Sequence record: PQ451753.1
Direction: 5' to 3' (one strand)
DNA length: 64,000 nucleotides
The notes under the pieces were generated by a model. It had not been told where the DNA came from, searched no databases, and saw only the letters and a list, made by a program, of their open reading frames with translations. Positions within the stretch are counted from its first letter, which is position 1; every line of letters starts with the position of its first letter. Of the stretch, positions 56,002 to 64,000 are shown piece after piece. The translations under genes were made by a program, and so were the position numbers.

Positions 56002-56421
56002 ATGGGCATATTTGGTTGGTTCAAACTATTCATGCCCCTGATACTGGAATATGCTAAGGAGGTATTATTCCCTGGGGCAGATGCCAAGAAAACCACCCCA
56101 CTTGAACGTGTGAGCATTTTGGTGATTATCATCTTAATTGCTTTGCTTGGTTTCCTTGGTGACAGATTCTTCATTCTATATGAAGAAAAACAAACACTCA
56201 AGTCTGACGTAACGAAGAAAGAGTTGATAATCGAATCTCACAAGAAAGAGATTGCAGCTTTGACTGAGGACATTTCAACACTTGAGAACAAGGTCTGCGT
56301 AATCCCGCCTAAGACTCCACCATACGATGGGCAGAAGGTTCGCCCAAGTACGGCAGCAAGGGATGAGGATTTAACCCTCGAACAAAGATTAAGAATGATA
56401 GATAACATCAACGAAAGTTAG
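56002..56421 (+). CDS. inner-membrane protein, i-spanin-like
   Basis: TM segment VSILVIIILIALLGFLG followed by a coiled coil; adjacent to a lipoprotein gene. Confidence 0.55.
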   Translation: MGIFGWFKLFMPLILEYAKEVLFPGADAKKTTPLERVSILVIIILIALLGFLGDRFFILYEEKQTLKSDVTKKELIIESHKKEIAALTEDISTLENKVCVIPPKTPPYDGQKVRPSTAARDEDLTLEQRLRMIDNINES

Positions 56422-56433
56422 TAAGGAGCTAAT

Positions 56434-57018
56434 ATGAAACGTGTTGTGCTTATAGCTTCCGTACTGATGGGCGGTTGTACCGTTTCGCCAAACTATGTTT
56501 CTGACCGCGCTATGAACACAGCCACGCTTTCTCAAGAAAGTAAAGAAGTTACTGTATCGCTTCCTGACAGCAAGTTAAGGAAGTTGGCACATGAAGTAGC
56601 TCAAGAGGTTGATAAAAAGTTAGCTGTTCGTAACAATGGTATATTGACGAAACAACCACCGCCTCCGTATGCAGATGCGTATCCTAATCTTCGTAGAGAC
56701 AACATTGCTTTCTACGACTATGTGGATGATTTCAACTGGTATATGAACTATCTCTTTTCATACACCATTGTGTTGAATGATTACGCTGAATCGCGCGGAT
56801 GGAAGCATCCAGACACTATCCCTATTTGTCGGGTAGTGAACTGGCAAGTGATGGAAGAACTACCTCGCTTTCAACCTAAGTCAGACCCAAGTAATGACTT
56901 GAGTCGATTTGAGTGGGAGTTGGTAGACTATATCAAAACCATTAAAGACAAATATCAGGATGAGTCCGACGAGTTGGATACCATCCGAGCTACTCAACGC
57001 ATTTTGTGCGTTTATTAG
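56434..57018 (+). CDS. lipoprotein, o-spanin-like
   Basis: MKRVVLIASVLMGG-C lipoprotein-like signal; Pro-rich KQPPPP segment. Confidence 0.55.
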   Translation: MKRVVLIASVLMGGCTVSPNYVSDRAMNTATLSQESKEVTVSLPDSKLRKLAHEVAQEVDKKLAVRNNGILTKQPPPPYADAYPNLRRDNIAFYDYVDDFNWYMNYLFSYTIVLNDYAESRGWKHPDTIPICRVVNWQVMEELPRFQPKSDPSNDLSRFEWELVDYIKTIKDKYQDESDELDTIRATQRILCVY

Positions 57019-57134
57019 TGTTAAAAAATACCGTTACTGTGCAGGGGCTTGTCCTCTGTACGGTAGCTGTATTTTTCTATTGTGTGTTAGATGTTTTGTA
57101 TTACCGTCTATTTACATTTGAGGATTCTGAATCA

Positions 57135-57881
57135 ATGGATACAGAGAATAATTTAGTTAGACAAGCCGTGCGTGTATCCATTCCGCGATATACCTTGGGC
57201 ATCGATATTGAAACTAAGAACGTAACTGCGAACTCGTATATCTTAGCTATCGGTGCTGTATTGTTTGACAACTATACATTAAAGAACATTGCATGTTTGA
57301 ATTTAGAGTTTGATCCAAACGACCCTGAACAATCAAACCGAACCGAAGCACACTTCACTATTGAATGGTGGAACACTCGTGGCGAAGAACCTAAGTATCC
57401 GTCACAAGCTGCTTACGATAGAACATGGAATGGTTCAATTAAGTTCTTACAGGGTATGGAATTGTTTGACAAGTTCATGCGTCAATTACCTCGCGATGGT
57501 GACATTGTTCTACCAATGCGTGGACCTGACTTCGATTACGTTATCTTAAAAGATGCGTTACGCGATGCAGGTATTTCAAGAACACCAATGTACGCTAGAG
57601 CATTAGACTCACACCGAACGGTTGAGCGTGTTTTAGATGCATTAGAAATTCCACCTATTTCAGAAGCTGAACACAAGAGCATGGTTTGGAAAGGCGAACC
57701 TATCCCACATGTGGCAATTTATGACGCCGCTATTGAGGGATATGAAACTGCTCGAATGTACCATCTTCTACATTGCATTAAGTCAATCGGTTATGATGAA
57801 ACGATTGCACGAATTAAGAGTTGGGAAGAGTCTAAGAACTGTGAAACCATCTCACTTACTACGGTAGATAAAAATGAGTAA
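57135..57881 (+). CDS. DEDDh 3'-5' exonuclease (DexA/Rv2179c-like)
   Basis: GIDIET, ILAIGAV, RGPDFD..IL, PHVAIYDA. Confidence 0.88.
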   Translation: MDTENNLVRQAVRVSIPRYTLGIDIETKNVTANSYILAIGAVLFDNYTLKNIACLNLEFDPNDPEQSNRTEAHFTIEWWNTRGEEPKYPSQAAYDRTWNGSIKFLQGMELFDKFMRQLPRDGDIVLPMRGPDFDYVILKDALRDAGISRTPMYARALDSHRTVERVLDALEIPPISEAEHKSMVWKGEPIPHVAIYDAAIEGYETARMYHLLHCIKSIGYDETIARIKSWEESKNCETISLTTVDKNE

Positions 57882-59472
57882 ACTAGAATATAAGTACGGC
57901 GTCTTTTATACAGACGGCGGATACCGTGACAGAAAACCACTCGCAGGCGCAGGCCATGGCATACATGGTTATTTGTTCAATGAACTCCCTTCGGTGCGAT
58001 TTTCTAAAGTTCCGGTGTTACTTACTCCTCACGGTTATGAACCTAAAATGTCGGGTGCGCAACTTAAAGATGAGAAGTACAACCCTACTTACAAACAGTG
58101 GGATTTGGAAATCCAAGCGAAAGATGGTGGCATTGTAAAAGAAGGTGCCGACATTAAAGTGTTGGATTGTTGGGCATGTATGGGTGATGTTACTGCACAA
58201 CGCGGTGAGTTGGAATCGTTCATTCACTTATTTGAAACGGATCAATTCGCCTGTGAATACATTACAATTCATTCAGACAGTAATTACTTGGTGCTCGGCG
58301 TTAGTCGTGATTTGCCTAACTGGAAAGCAAACGACTGGGTTCGCCGTGATGGTACTCCTGTTAAGAACCTAGACCTGTGGCAGAAAATCGATGCTATCTT
58401 TGAAGAACGTGGTGACAAGATTGACCTACGTAAAATCAAAGCGCATGATGGTCACTTCGGTAATGAGGCGGCTGACCGTAATGCAACAATGGGCGTAGCA
58501 GGTTCTTGTAACTCTTGTGAGTTTACTGACTGGATTGTTACCGATGTTCATGACATCGATTACTGGGAGCCTGAGAAGCCTCTACCAATCATGTTACAGC
58601 AGAAATGGAACTACACCATGTCTGAGTCAAAGCGTATGGCTACAGACGTCGATGGTGAAACATTCCATCACTACTTCATGGGTGACCACAATAAGTCTAA
58701 GGACGACATTGAGTTACTTGGTAAGTACTTCTCGGATGCAGGGTTCTCTCTAGTACTGCATAAAGAGAAAGCGCCGATTCTGGACAAGTTGGTTAAGTAC
58801 CATGTGGATAACATGTGGAAACATAGCTGTAACATGTACAAGTCGGAACTGATGATGATGGTTAACTGTGCGAACCTAGTTAAGCCTAAGAACACGTGGG
58901 AAGCGTTACGTGGTCGTCCTGAGTGTATGTTCATTAGTGGTAGTCGTAATGACATTACTGCGGCTAAGACTGAAGACTTAATCACTAAGGTCATTCGTCC
59001 ACCTAAACTATCATTCCGTGTACTGGACATTGAAGAACAGTTCAAAGAAATCATCTACTCTTACTTAGTGATGACTGGACGTAAGTTAGATGAACAGCCT
59101 AACTTCAAACCAATGAACATTGTGTTAAATGAAGTAACAGATCAATTCTATGAAACATCTGTTAATGCAAAAGGTGTTGAGGGTGCTACGAAGTTAACTA
59201 ACTTCTATGACCAAATGGCTAAGTCATTGACCTTTGACGTTAACCATCCTTACAACGATAAGACTGCTAAAGTTATCTTCACTCGTGGTGTTGATATCCC
59301 AAGCCGTACTATCATGAGTAAGGTTGCTCAGAAGAATCCAAAAGTGTATGTTGTGACATGGCAGTTCGATACTATCATGATTAACTTCGGTATGCTGATG
59401 GAGACGGATGATGGCATTGGTTTCTGGTCTGGTTATGCAAGCACTCGAATTCTAAACCCACAGGAACAGTAA
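57874..59472 (+). CDS. rnhA: RNase HI with long C-terminal region (phiKZ-type)
   Basis: YTDGG, RGELESF, HSDSNY, KNLDLW, IKAHDGHFGNEAADRNA. Confidence 0.92.
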   Translation: MSKLEYKYGVFYTDGGYRDRKPLAGAGHGIHGYLFNELPSVRFSKVPVLLTPHGYEPKMSGAQLKDEKYNPTYKQWDLEIQAKDGGIVKEGADIKVLDCWACMGDVTAQRGELESFIHLFETDQFACEYITIHSDSNYLVLGVSRDLPNWKANDWVRRDGTPVKNLDLWQKIDAIFEERGDKIDLRKIKAHDGHFGNEAADRNATMGVAGSCNSCEFTDWIVTDVHDIDYWEPEKPLPIMLQQKWNYTMSESKRMATDVDGETFHHYFMGDHNKSKDDIELLGKYFSDAGFSLVLHKEKAPILDKLVKYHVDNMWKHSCNMYKSELMMMVNCANLVKPKNTWEALRGRPECMFISGSRNDITAAKTEDLITKVIRPPKLSFRVLDIEEQFKEIIYSYLVMTGRKLDEQPNFKPMNIVLNEVTDQFYETSVNAKGVEGATKLTNFYDQMAKSLTFDVNHPYNDKTAKVIFTRGVDIPSRTIMSKVAQKNPKVYVVTWQFDTIMINFGMLMETDDGIGFWSGYASTRILNPQEQ

Positions 59473-59490
59473 TTCGATAGGAGTGATGTA

Positions 59491-59859
59491 ATGCGATATC
59501 AGTATTCATCCCCGTTAGCACTGGCTATGACATGCACGCTCTATGGGCGTGCTGTATATGGTCCAGACAACCATGTCTGGTATTATGAATGTGTTGGTAA
59601 GTCACCTTATATCCGAATAGGTGTAAGTGATGTTGTACCATTCATACTTCGGTTTTATCCAGGCGATTGTAATTTAGGTGAGAGTGGTTTCGTTATCTCT
59701 TTTGATAAAGAACAGTTTCGTGAACCGCTTGACGTTGAATTAAATTCCGCTGTACTAAGGAGTGGTATAGATCATGATGACGAACAGCACTACCGAAATG
59801 TCCGGGAACGTAACTCAGCTCCCAAGGAAAATGTATTACATCTTGTTGAAAGGTCCTAA
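59491..59859 (+). CDS. hypothetical protein
   Basis: ORF track; SD AGGAG. Confidence 0.7.
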   Translation: MRYQYSSPLALAMTCTLYGRAVYGPDNHVWYYECVGKSPYIRIGVSDVVPFILRFYPGDCNLGESGFVISFDKEQFREPLDVELNSAVLRSGIDHDDEQHYRNVRERNSAPKENVLHLVERS

Positions 59860-60226
59860 AGCAGGCTTGCCTGTTGCTGAACCTGAAGGCGAATGTATTG
59901 CAGCGATGGGTGGGAAGATATCGCGTAAAGCTTATCCGGTTGCATGTAGTGTACTAGAAGGTGCGGTCGGACAACAACGTTTTGTAATGAAACAACGTGG
60001 TAAAGTTAGAAGCTGGTTAGTGTCACAATGGAATGGTTTTATATCAGACCATATGGTTAGACACCCGTGGCTATTACGTCTTTATCGTGACCGTATGAAA
60101 CAGAATCCTAAATGGAATCGTGAATACCTTATCGCACCTGATGCAGGTAAGATTGACCAACTGGAACTAATGTTGAAATTAGGAACACGTGGGTATCTTG
60201 AACCTAAAGGCATGGACTTTGATTAA
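59831..60226 (+). CDS. hypothetical protein (alternative start 59774)
   Basis: ORF track; AAGGA before the ATG at 59831. Confidence 0.7.
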   Translation: MYYILLKGPKAGLPVAEPEGECIAAMGGKISRKAYPVACSVLEGAVGQQRFVMKQRGKVRSWLVSQWNGFISDHMVRHPWLLRLYRDRMKQNPKWNREYLIAPDAGKIDQLELMLKLGTRGYLEPKGMDFD

Positions 60227-60229
60227 TTG

Positions 60230-60260
60230 GAGGCTTCGGCCTCCTCTTATTTTTTATTTG
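60230..60260 (+). terminator. intrinsic terminator
   Basis: GGAGGC-TTCG-GCCTCC followed by TCTTATTTTTTATTTG. Confidence 0.85.
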
Positions 60261-60266
60261 CTATTG

Positions 60267-60300
60267 AAAAATTATGGAGTTATATATCATATAAAGGTAA
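60267..60300 (+). promoter_or_regulatory. putative early promoter
   Basis: AAAAATTATGGAGTTATATATCAT. Confidence 0.65.
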
Positions 60301-60344
60301 ACGCGTACGATGTAGCACGCAGTGATATCACTATTAATTAGGAG

Positions 60345-60779
60345 ATGGCAATGTTAGATATTGATAAAGTAATTGCTACGTATGAAAAACAGTACGAAGA
60401 AAATCCGACGGATGACTTAAGAGGTAAGATAGAGTTCGCGACCAACATTAAGAAATGTTGGTTCGATGTGCACGTTGTGGCTGACGATTCGGATGAATAT
60501 CCTGAAGTTATACATACACACGGATTGTTATATCGCTTTGATACTGAACTTGAGGTTATACTTACGGCGTTCCCACCGGAGCAAAGAATGGAAATGGCAA
60601 GAAACACTGTACGTGTTATTAATGAGGCACTACATAATCGTACTGATCCACATCTAGCCATACAGGATAATAGGTTCTATACGGCAGTTAAGATACATGA
60701 CCGTTTGGAAGACGAAGACGGACTCATTATGTATGACGGCTCGCCTTATTATACCACTGTATATAAACCATCTGTTTAA
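60345..60779 (+). CDS. DUF4262-like hypothetical protein
   Basis: VHVV.D....P..IHTHGL......ELE resembles the V..V...P.FAYT.GL...PEL pattern. Confidence 0.55.
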   Translation: MAMLDIDKVIATYEKQYEENPTDDLRGKIEFATNIKKCWFDVHVVADDSDEYPEVIHTHGLLYRFDTELEVILTAFPPEQRMEMARNTVRVINEALHNRTDPHLAIQDNRFYTAVKIHDRLEDEDGLIMYDGSPYYTTVYKPSV

Positions 60780-60820
60780 TCGGTTAAAAAATATATATTA
60801 ATAAATCAGGAGAATAATAA

Positions 60821-61105
60821 ATGCAATCTATGGCCTTTGATGCGACACTGGAAAAACAATTTCAAGCTATCTTCGGAGAGTCAGTAATAGAAGATGGCAT
60901 TCGTGTCAAATTCACCAAGTTTGCCGCAGGTGCGTCTAGAGAGAAATCACGGAAGTTTAGATCACCTGAACTGGCGTTAAAATGGATTCAGTCCAATGTA
61001 GAAGAGTATGGTTCAATTCGGATTGATGAAGTGATTAACTCTGGTAAGGTAGTTGCGGAGTGCCGCAAATCTGCCATTGACTATTTGGAGAAAATAAATG
61101 CTTAA
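60821..61105 (+). CDS. hypothetical protein
   Basis: ORF track; SD AGGAG. Confidence 0.75.
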   Translation: MQSMAFDATLEKQFQAIFGESVIEDGIRVKFTKFAAGASREKSRKFRSPELALKWIQSNVEEYGSIRIDEVINSGKVVAECRKSAIDYLEKINA

Positions 61106-61385
61106 ATCAATTTGGCGTACAATACGTCTAAAGTTGGAGTACAGACGTCTAAACAAACTGGTACGTAAGAAAGCACGTATCGATAGAGAGGTTATTCGTC
61201 TACATACTACAGCGGATTTGTTAAGCGGTATCAGTGTAGGTGGTTGGGGCTACTCACCCGATCAACTTAAGAACGCGTTAGATGTTGGTGGTGTTAAAGC
61301 AGCACTACACGAATTAGCGGAATACAAACAGCGTGAAATCGAAGAACAAATTAAATGGGAGAAAGAGAATGAGCGAGTTATCTAA
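61098..61385 (+). CDS. hypothetical protein
   Basis: ORF track; SD GGAG. Confidence 0.75.
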   Translation: MLKSIWRTIRLKLEYRRLNKLVRKKARIDREVIRLHTTADLLSGISVGGWGYSPDQLKNALDVGGVKAALHELAEYKQREIEEQIKWEKENERVI

Positions 61386-61554
61386 AGCTTTAATGCATAA
61401 CTTGGAGCAGCGGCGTGAGTTTAAACGCAAAGTAGAGGCGGGTGTGGCAACCATGAAGCCTGCCATTCATCCACATCAGGCTTACATCAATGCGGGCAGC
61501 ATGGGGAGTCACGATGGTAAGAACAATTATTTTACCGATACCAATAAGCGTTAG
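61369..61554 (+). CDS. small hypothetical protein
   Basis: ATG after GGGAG; frame of track ORF 61333-61554. Confidence 0.6.
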   Translation: MSELSKALMHNLEQRREFKRKVEAGVATMKPAIHPHQAYINAGSMGSHDGKNNYFTDTNKR

Positions 61555-62035
61555 GGAAGCGATTGACAATCTGCATAGGGCATGTGTAATCGAACATGGT
61601 ATTGCGAGATTAGGACGTCGAGTATCTACCGTTTACAATGAGCTGTTCTTACATAAGTTGGAGCATGCGTTAGAACGAGTGTTGATGTATGGCTACCCTA
61701 CGATTAACTTTACAGATGTATCTGACATTGTACATGAAGCTTATGACCGAGCTGAACATGAGTTAGATGATGATGAGTTAAACGATACGATAGCAAACAT
61801 AATTGATATCGACGACCCAATTGGGCGATACTTAGAAGAGAAAGGCCATGACTGGTTATTCACTAATCAGTTAATGGCGGAGTTCTTAGTTGATTCCCTG
61901 CCCTCTTACAGCGACTTTGGTCATGTACTCAAACCGTTCCACGATGAGTACTATGATCTAAAGTTAATTGAAAACATGGATGATGTCGTGAGTATCTCTC
62001 CGGCGCTCAATACAGTAACGGTGAAAGTGATATGA
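61514..62035 (+). CDS. acidic hypothetical protein (paralog of next gene)
   Basis: ATG after GGGGAG; shares N- and C-terminal patterns with 62032-62604. Confidence 0.75.
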   Translation: MVRTIILPIPISVREAIDNLHRACVIEHGIARLGRRVSTVYNELFLHKLEHALERVLMYGYPTINFTDVSDIVHEAYDRAEHELDDDELNDTIANIIDIDDPIGRYLEEKGHDWLFTNQLMAEFLVDSLPSYSDFGHVLKPFHDEYYDLKLIENMDDVVSISPALNTVTVKVI

Positions 62036-62604
62036 GTAATCACATTGTCGGACTATCTAGAGAGTCTAGACGCGCCGCACAGGAGCTATGGAACAACATG
62101 TATGACAACTACGGGTTCAAGTATTTACCGCGTGATCTCGTAAACCGTTATGATGAGATATACCGTTCTATATTGTCAGAGGTGGTGCACAATTTGGTAC
62201 AGCATGACCTAGGTTACTTTCGAAGTTTCCTATCATGCTTAGATTACGCTACTTGGATTTATTGGTTAGAAAGTGCCAACCCTGCAACATTGCAAGAGTT
62301 GGAATATGCTGCTAAGTTAGGTAGTGAGATTGCAGATACAGTACATAATGAAATACTTGATGCGATTGATAATTCAGACGGCGATTGTGATGTCGAACAA
62401 GAACTAGATTATGCAGTTGGAAATACTGTGCTTCTAGTTATGCCTACTACAAACGAGTTTAATGAATTCGAACGTTGTGTTTGGCATGACATCTATGAGT
62501 CGAATGTAATTGAACCTTACTTTAATGGTGACTTACTCGTGTCTATCCGACCGGGTTTGTCACGTTTACTTCTAACCACTAATTCAGGTATGTATGTTAC
62601 ATGA
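62032..62604 (+). CDS. acidic hypothetical protein (paralog of previous gene)
   Basis: ATGA overlap; DLLVSIRPGL vs DDVVSISPAL. Confidence 0.8.
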   Translation: MSNHIVGLSRESRRAAQELWNNMYDNYGFKYLPRDLVNRYDEIYRSILSEVVHNLVQHDLGYFRSFLSCLDYATWIYWLESANPATLQELEYAAKLGSEIADTVHNEILDAIDNSDGDCDVEQELDYAVGNTVLLVMPTTNEFNEFERCVWHDIYESNVIEPYFNGDLLVSIRPGLSRLLLTTNSGMYVT

Positions 62605-62669
62605 GTAAATTGAATGAGCAGACGCTTAGGCGACTGCGGCGTAAGTTCGCCAAGCCAAATAAAAAGTAG
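62601..62669 (+). CDS. 22-aa arginine/lysine-rich micropeptide (not in ORF track)
   Basis: ATGA coupling to upstream stop; MSKLNEQTLRRLRRKFAKPNKK*. Confidence 0.45.
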   Translation: MSKLNEQTLRRLRRKFAKPNKK

Positions 62670-62706
62670 AGAAGTAGAGGGGTTGCCCTCTACTTCTTTT
62701 TTGTCT
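62657..62706. terminator. bidirectional terminator
   Basis: A-tract, GAAGTAGAGGG-TTG-CCCTCTACTTC, TTTTTTGTC. Confidence 0.9.
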
Positions 62707-63570
62707 TTATTTAGACAGTTTCTTTAATTTTTTCTCTGTATCTGCCATCGCTTCTGACAGTACAGTGATTTGGTATTGGAACACTGAGAAGAACTCAACC
62801 CATTTAGCAGCTTGGTAAAGCACTTCAGACAGTTGTTTAGTAACTCGCTTAGAAACATCGTTGTAACGCACTTCTTCAAATGCTTCATCGTTGTTCATTG
62901 CATCCGATAGTGCTTTTGCGTTATCGAACAGTCCACGTACTCGACGTTCGATAGCGGCATTATCAATGCGATTGATGTTGTCTTGCAGTTGTAGTAGACG
63001 TTGACCAGCATCATTGATTTCACCGTTACGACGGAATGCCTGCTTATACTTAACCGTATCGCTCTTTTCCGTTGGATCAAAACATGCACTGATTGGCTTG
63101 ATGACGTCATCTACATCAGTAGCTGTCAGCTTACCGCTAATCTTAACGCCCGACTTAGACAGTAGAGTCATTGGGTTGTTAAGGTACGCACCTAACGTTT
63201 GTGAAGTTGGGATCAGTAGACCTTCTTCAATATCCAATAGGTAAGGTAGTGCTTTTTCTAACGCAGCGATGTATTCCATATAGGAAACCTTAAGTCCCAC
63301 TGGAGCATACACAGATACGTCACCAATCGAAAGGTAAGACTCACGGTCTGCCCATTCTGAGATACGACGGTCAAAGTTCGACGTCATCTTAAACGCATGG
63401 ACGTTTTTGTTGCTCTTAAATAGAACATCAAAGCGATTATTTAGTCGCGAGAACAGGTCTGCTGAAAACACACCTGCGAAAAGGTTCTTGATTGTAGACT
63501 CGCCTAAATTTTCAACAGCAACGTTACGTTGCGAGTTGCGAATCAGGTAGTCTAAGGTTTGTGTGGTCAT
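62707..63570 (-). CDS. phiKZ-like virion (inner head) protein
   Basis: Helical 287-aa ORF; N-terminal AVE resembles the S/A/G-X-E head-protease cleavage site; TATG upstream; divergent from uvsX. Confidence 0.55.
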   Translation of the reverse strand: MTTQTLDYLIRNSQRNVAVENLGESTIKNLFAGVFSADLFSRLNNRFDVLFKSNKNVHAFKMTSNFDRRISEWADRESYLSIGDVSVYAPVGLKVSYMEYIAALEKALPYLLDIEEGLLIPTSQTLGAYLNNPMTLLSKSGVKISGKLTATDVDDVIKPISACFDPTEKSDTVKYKQAFRRNGEINDAGQRLLQLQDNINRIDNAAIERRVRGLFDNAKALSDAMNNDEAFEEVRYNDVSKRVTKQLSEVLYQAAKWVEFFSVFQYQITVLSEAMADTEKKLKKLSK

Positions 63571-63712
63571 GGTGATTCCTTTTAAACTATTTTTTTAAGT
63601 GGGTAGTCATACTTTGACCTTTTAAAGTGCGAATCTGTTAATCAATAAAAAGTCTCTCAAATGATTAACTGCGCTCCCTTTGTAAATTAACATATTGTCA
63701 GGAGTTTTAACT

Positions 63713-64000
63713 GTGGCAGGACCATCTAATCGCGCACGTTCAAAGACAGTGCGCCCTAAATTCAATACCTTTAGCCTAGCCGATTTAATGATGGGTCGCT
63801 GTGTTAAAGGAAAACATGGTTTGTGGTATACCAATGGTGGTTATCCGCACATCATCGGTTTCGCAGGACGTGGTAACACCTTTAAGTCTGCATTGTCTGG
63901 CACTATGGCTGCTATTATCTCTTTACGTTACAACTTCGAATACACGGAGTTCTACGATACAGAGATGTCGATGCAACCGACACGTATCCAAGACTACATT
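63713..64000 (+). CDS. uvsX: UvsX/RecA-like recombinase, 3'-truncated by window edge (not in ORF track)
   Basis: GTG after AGGAG; RPKFN..SLADLMMG..VKGKHG....NGG...IIGFAGRGNTFKS (Walker A variant)...FYDTEMS, matching the phiKZ-type UvsX N-terminus. Confidence 0.85.
   Translation, partial: MAGPSNRARSKTVRPKFNTFSLADLMMGRCVKGKHGLWYTNGGYPHIIGFAGRGNTFKSALSGTMAAIISLRYNFEYTEFYDTEMSMQPTRIQDYI

Noticed and set aside
592-62706. CRISPR array or mini-array
   Set aside because: The recurring GAGGG...CCCTC elements are dispersed terminator hairpins, not regularly spaced direct repeats with spacers
626-63834. Many short opposite-strand or alternate-frame ORFs in the track (e.g. 1732-2010, 5633-5980, 10005-10271, 53787-54077, 58671-59054, 63622-63834)
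   Set aside because: They overlap well-supported longer genes and show no recognisable SD or motifs; treated as shadow ORFs
1-64000. tRNA/rRNA genes, introns, inteins, integrase or transposase, genetic-code reassignment
   Set aside because: No cloverleaf or T-loop signatures in intergenic gaps; core genes (SbcC, RNase H, Dam) are uninterrupted and read through under the standard code

Overview
A 64-kb segment of a large lytic myovirus genome resembling phiKZ-like jumbo phages. The host is probably a Vibrio, inferred from a close homolog of the Vibrio regulator AphA. Positions 1-27.7 kb are an accessory, mostly early region on the + strand. It holds short hypothetical genes, tmk, dut, the AphA-like regulator and a degenerate prohead-protease paralog, punctuated by a GATATATATCAT promoter motif and about 20 intrinsic-terminator hairpins. 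Positions 27.7-46.9 kb are a tail module: GH108 muramidase, a baseplate/fibre protein, a fibre chaperone, three paralogous giant tail fibres and a central spike. Positions 47-64 kb carry phiKZ-like core and accessory genes: Dam, SbcC/Rad50, a macrodomain, a gp144-like lytic transglycosylase, virion proteins, a spanin-like pair, a DEDDh exonuclease, RNase H and the 5' end of UvsX/RecA. No tRNA, CRISPR array, integrase or transposase was seen. The leading novel candidates are (i) the phage-encoded AphA mimic and (ii) an unannotated GGA-repeat RNA at about 45.5-45.7 kb that looks like a CsrB/RsmY-type CsrA sponge. Together these could be a way of manipulating host quorum sensing. All family calls come from motif recognition by eye and reference sequences recalled from memory; no database searches were run.
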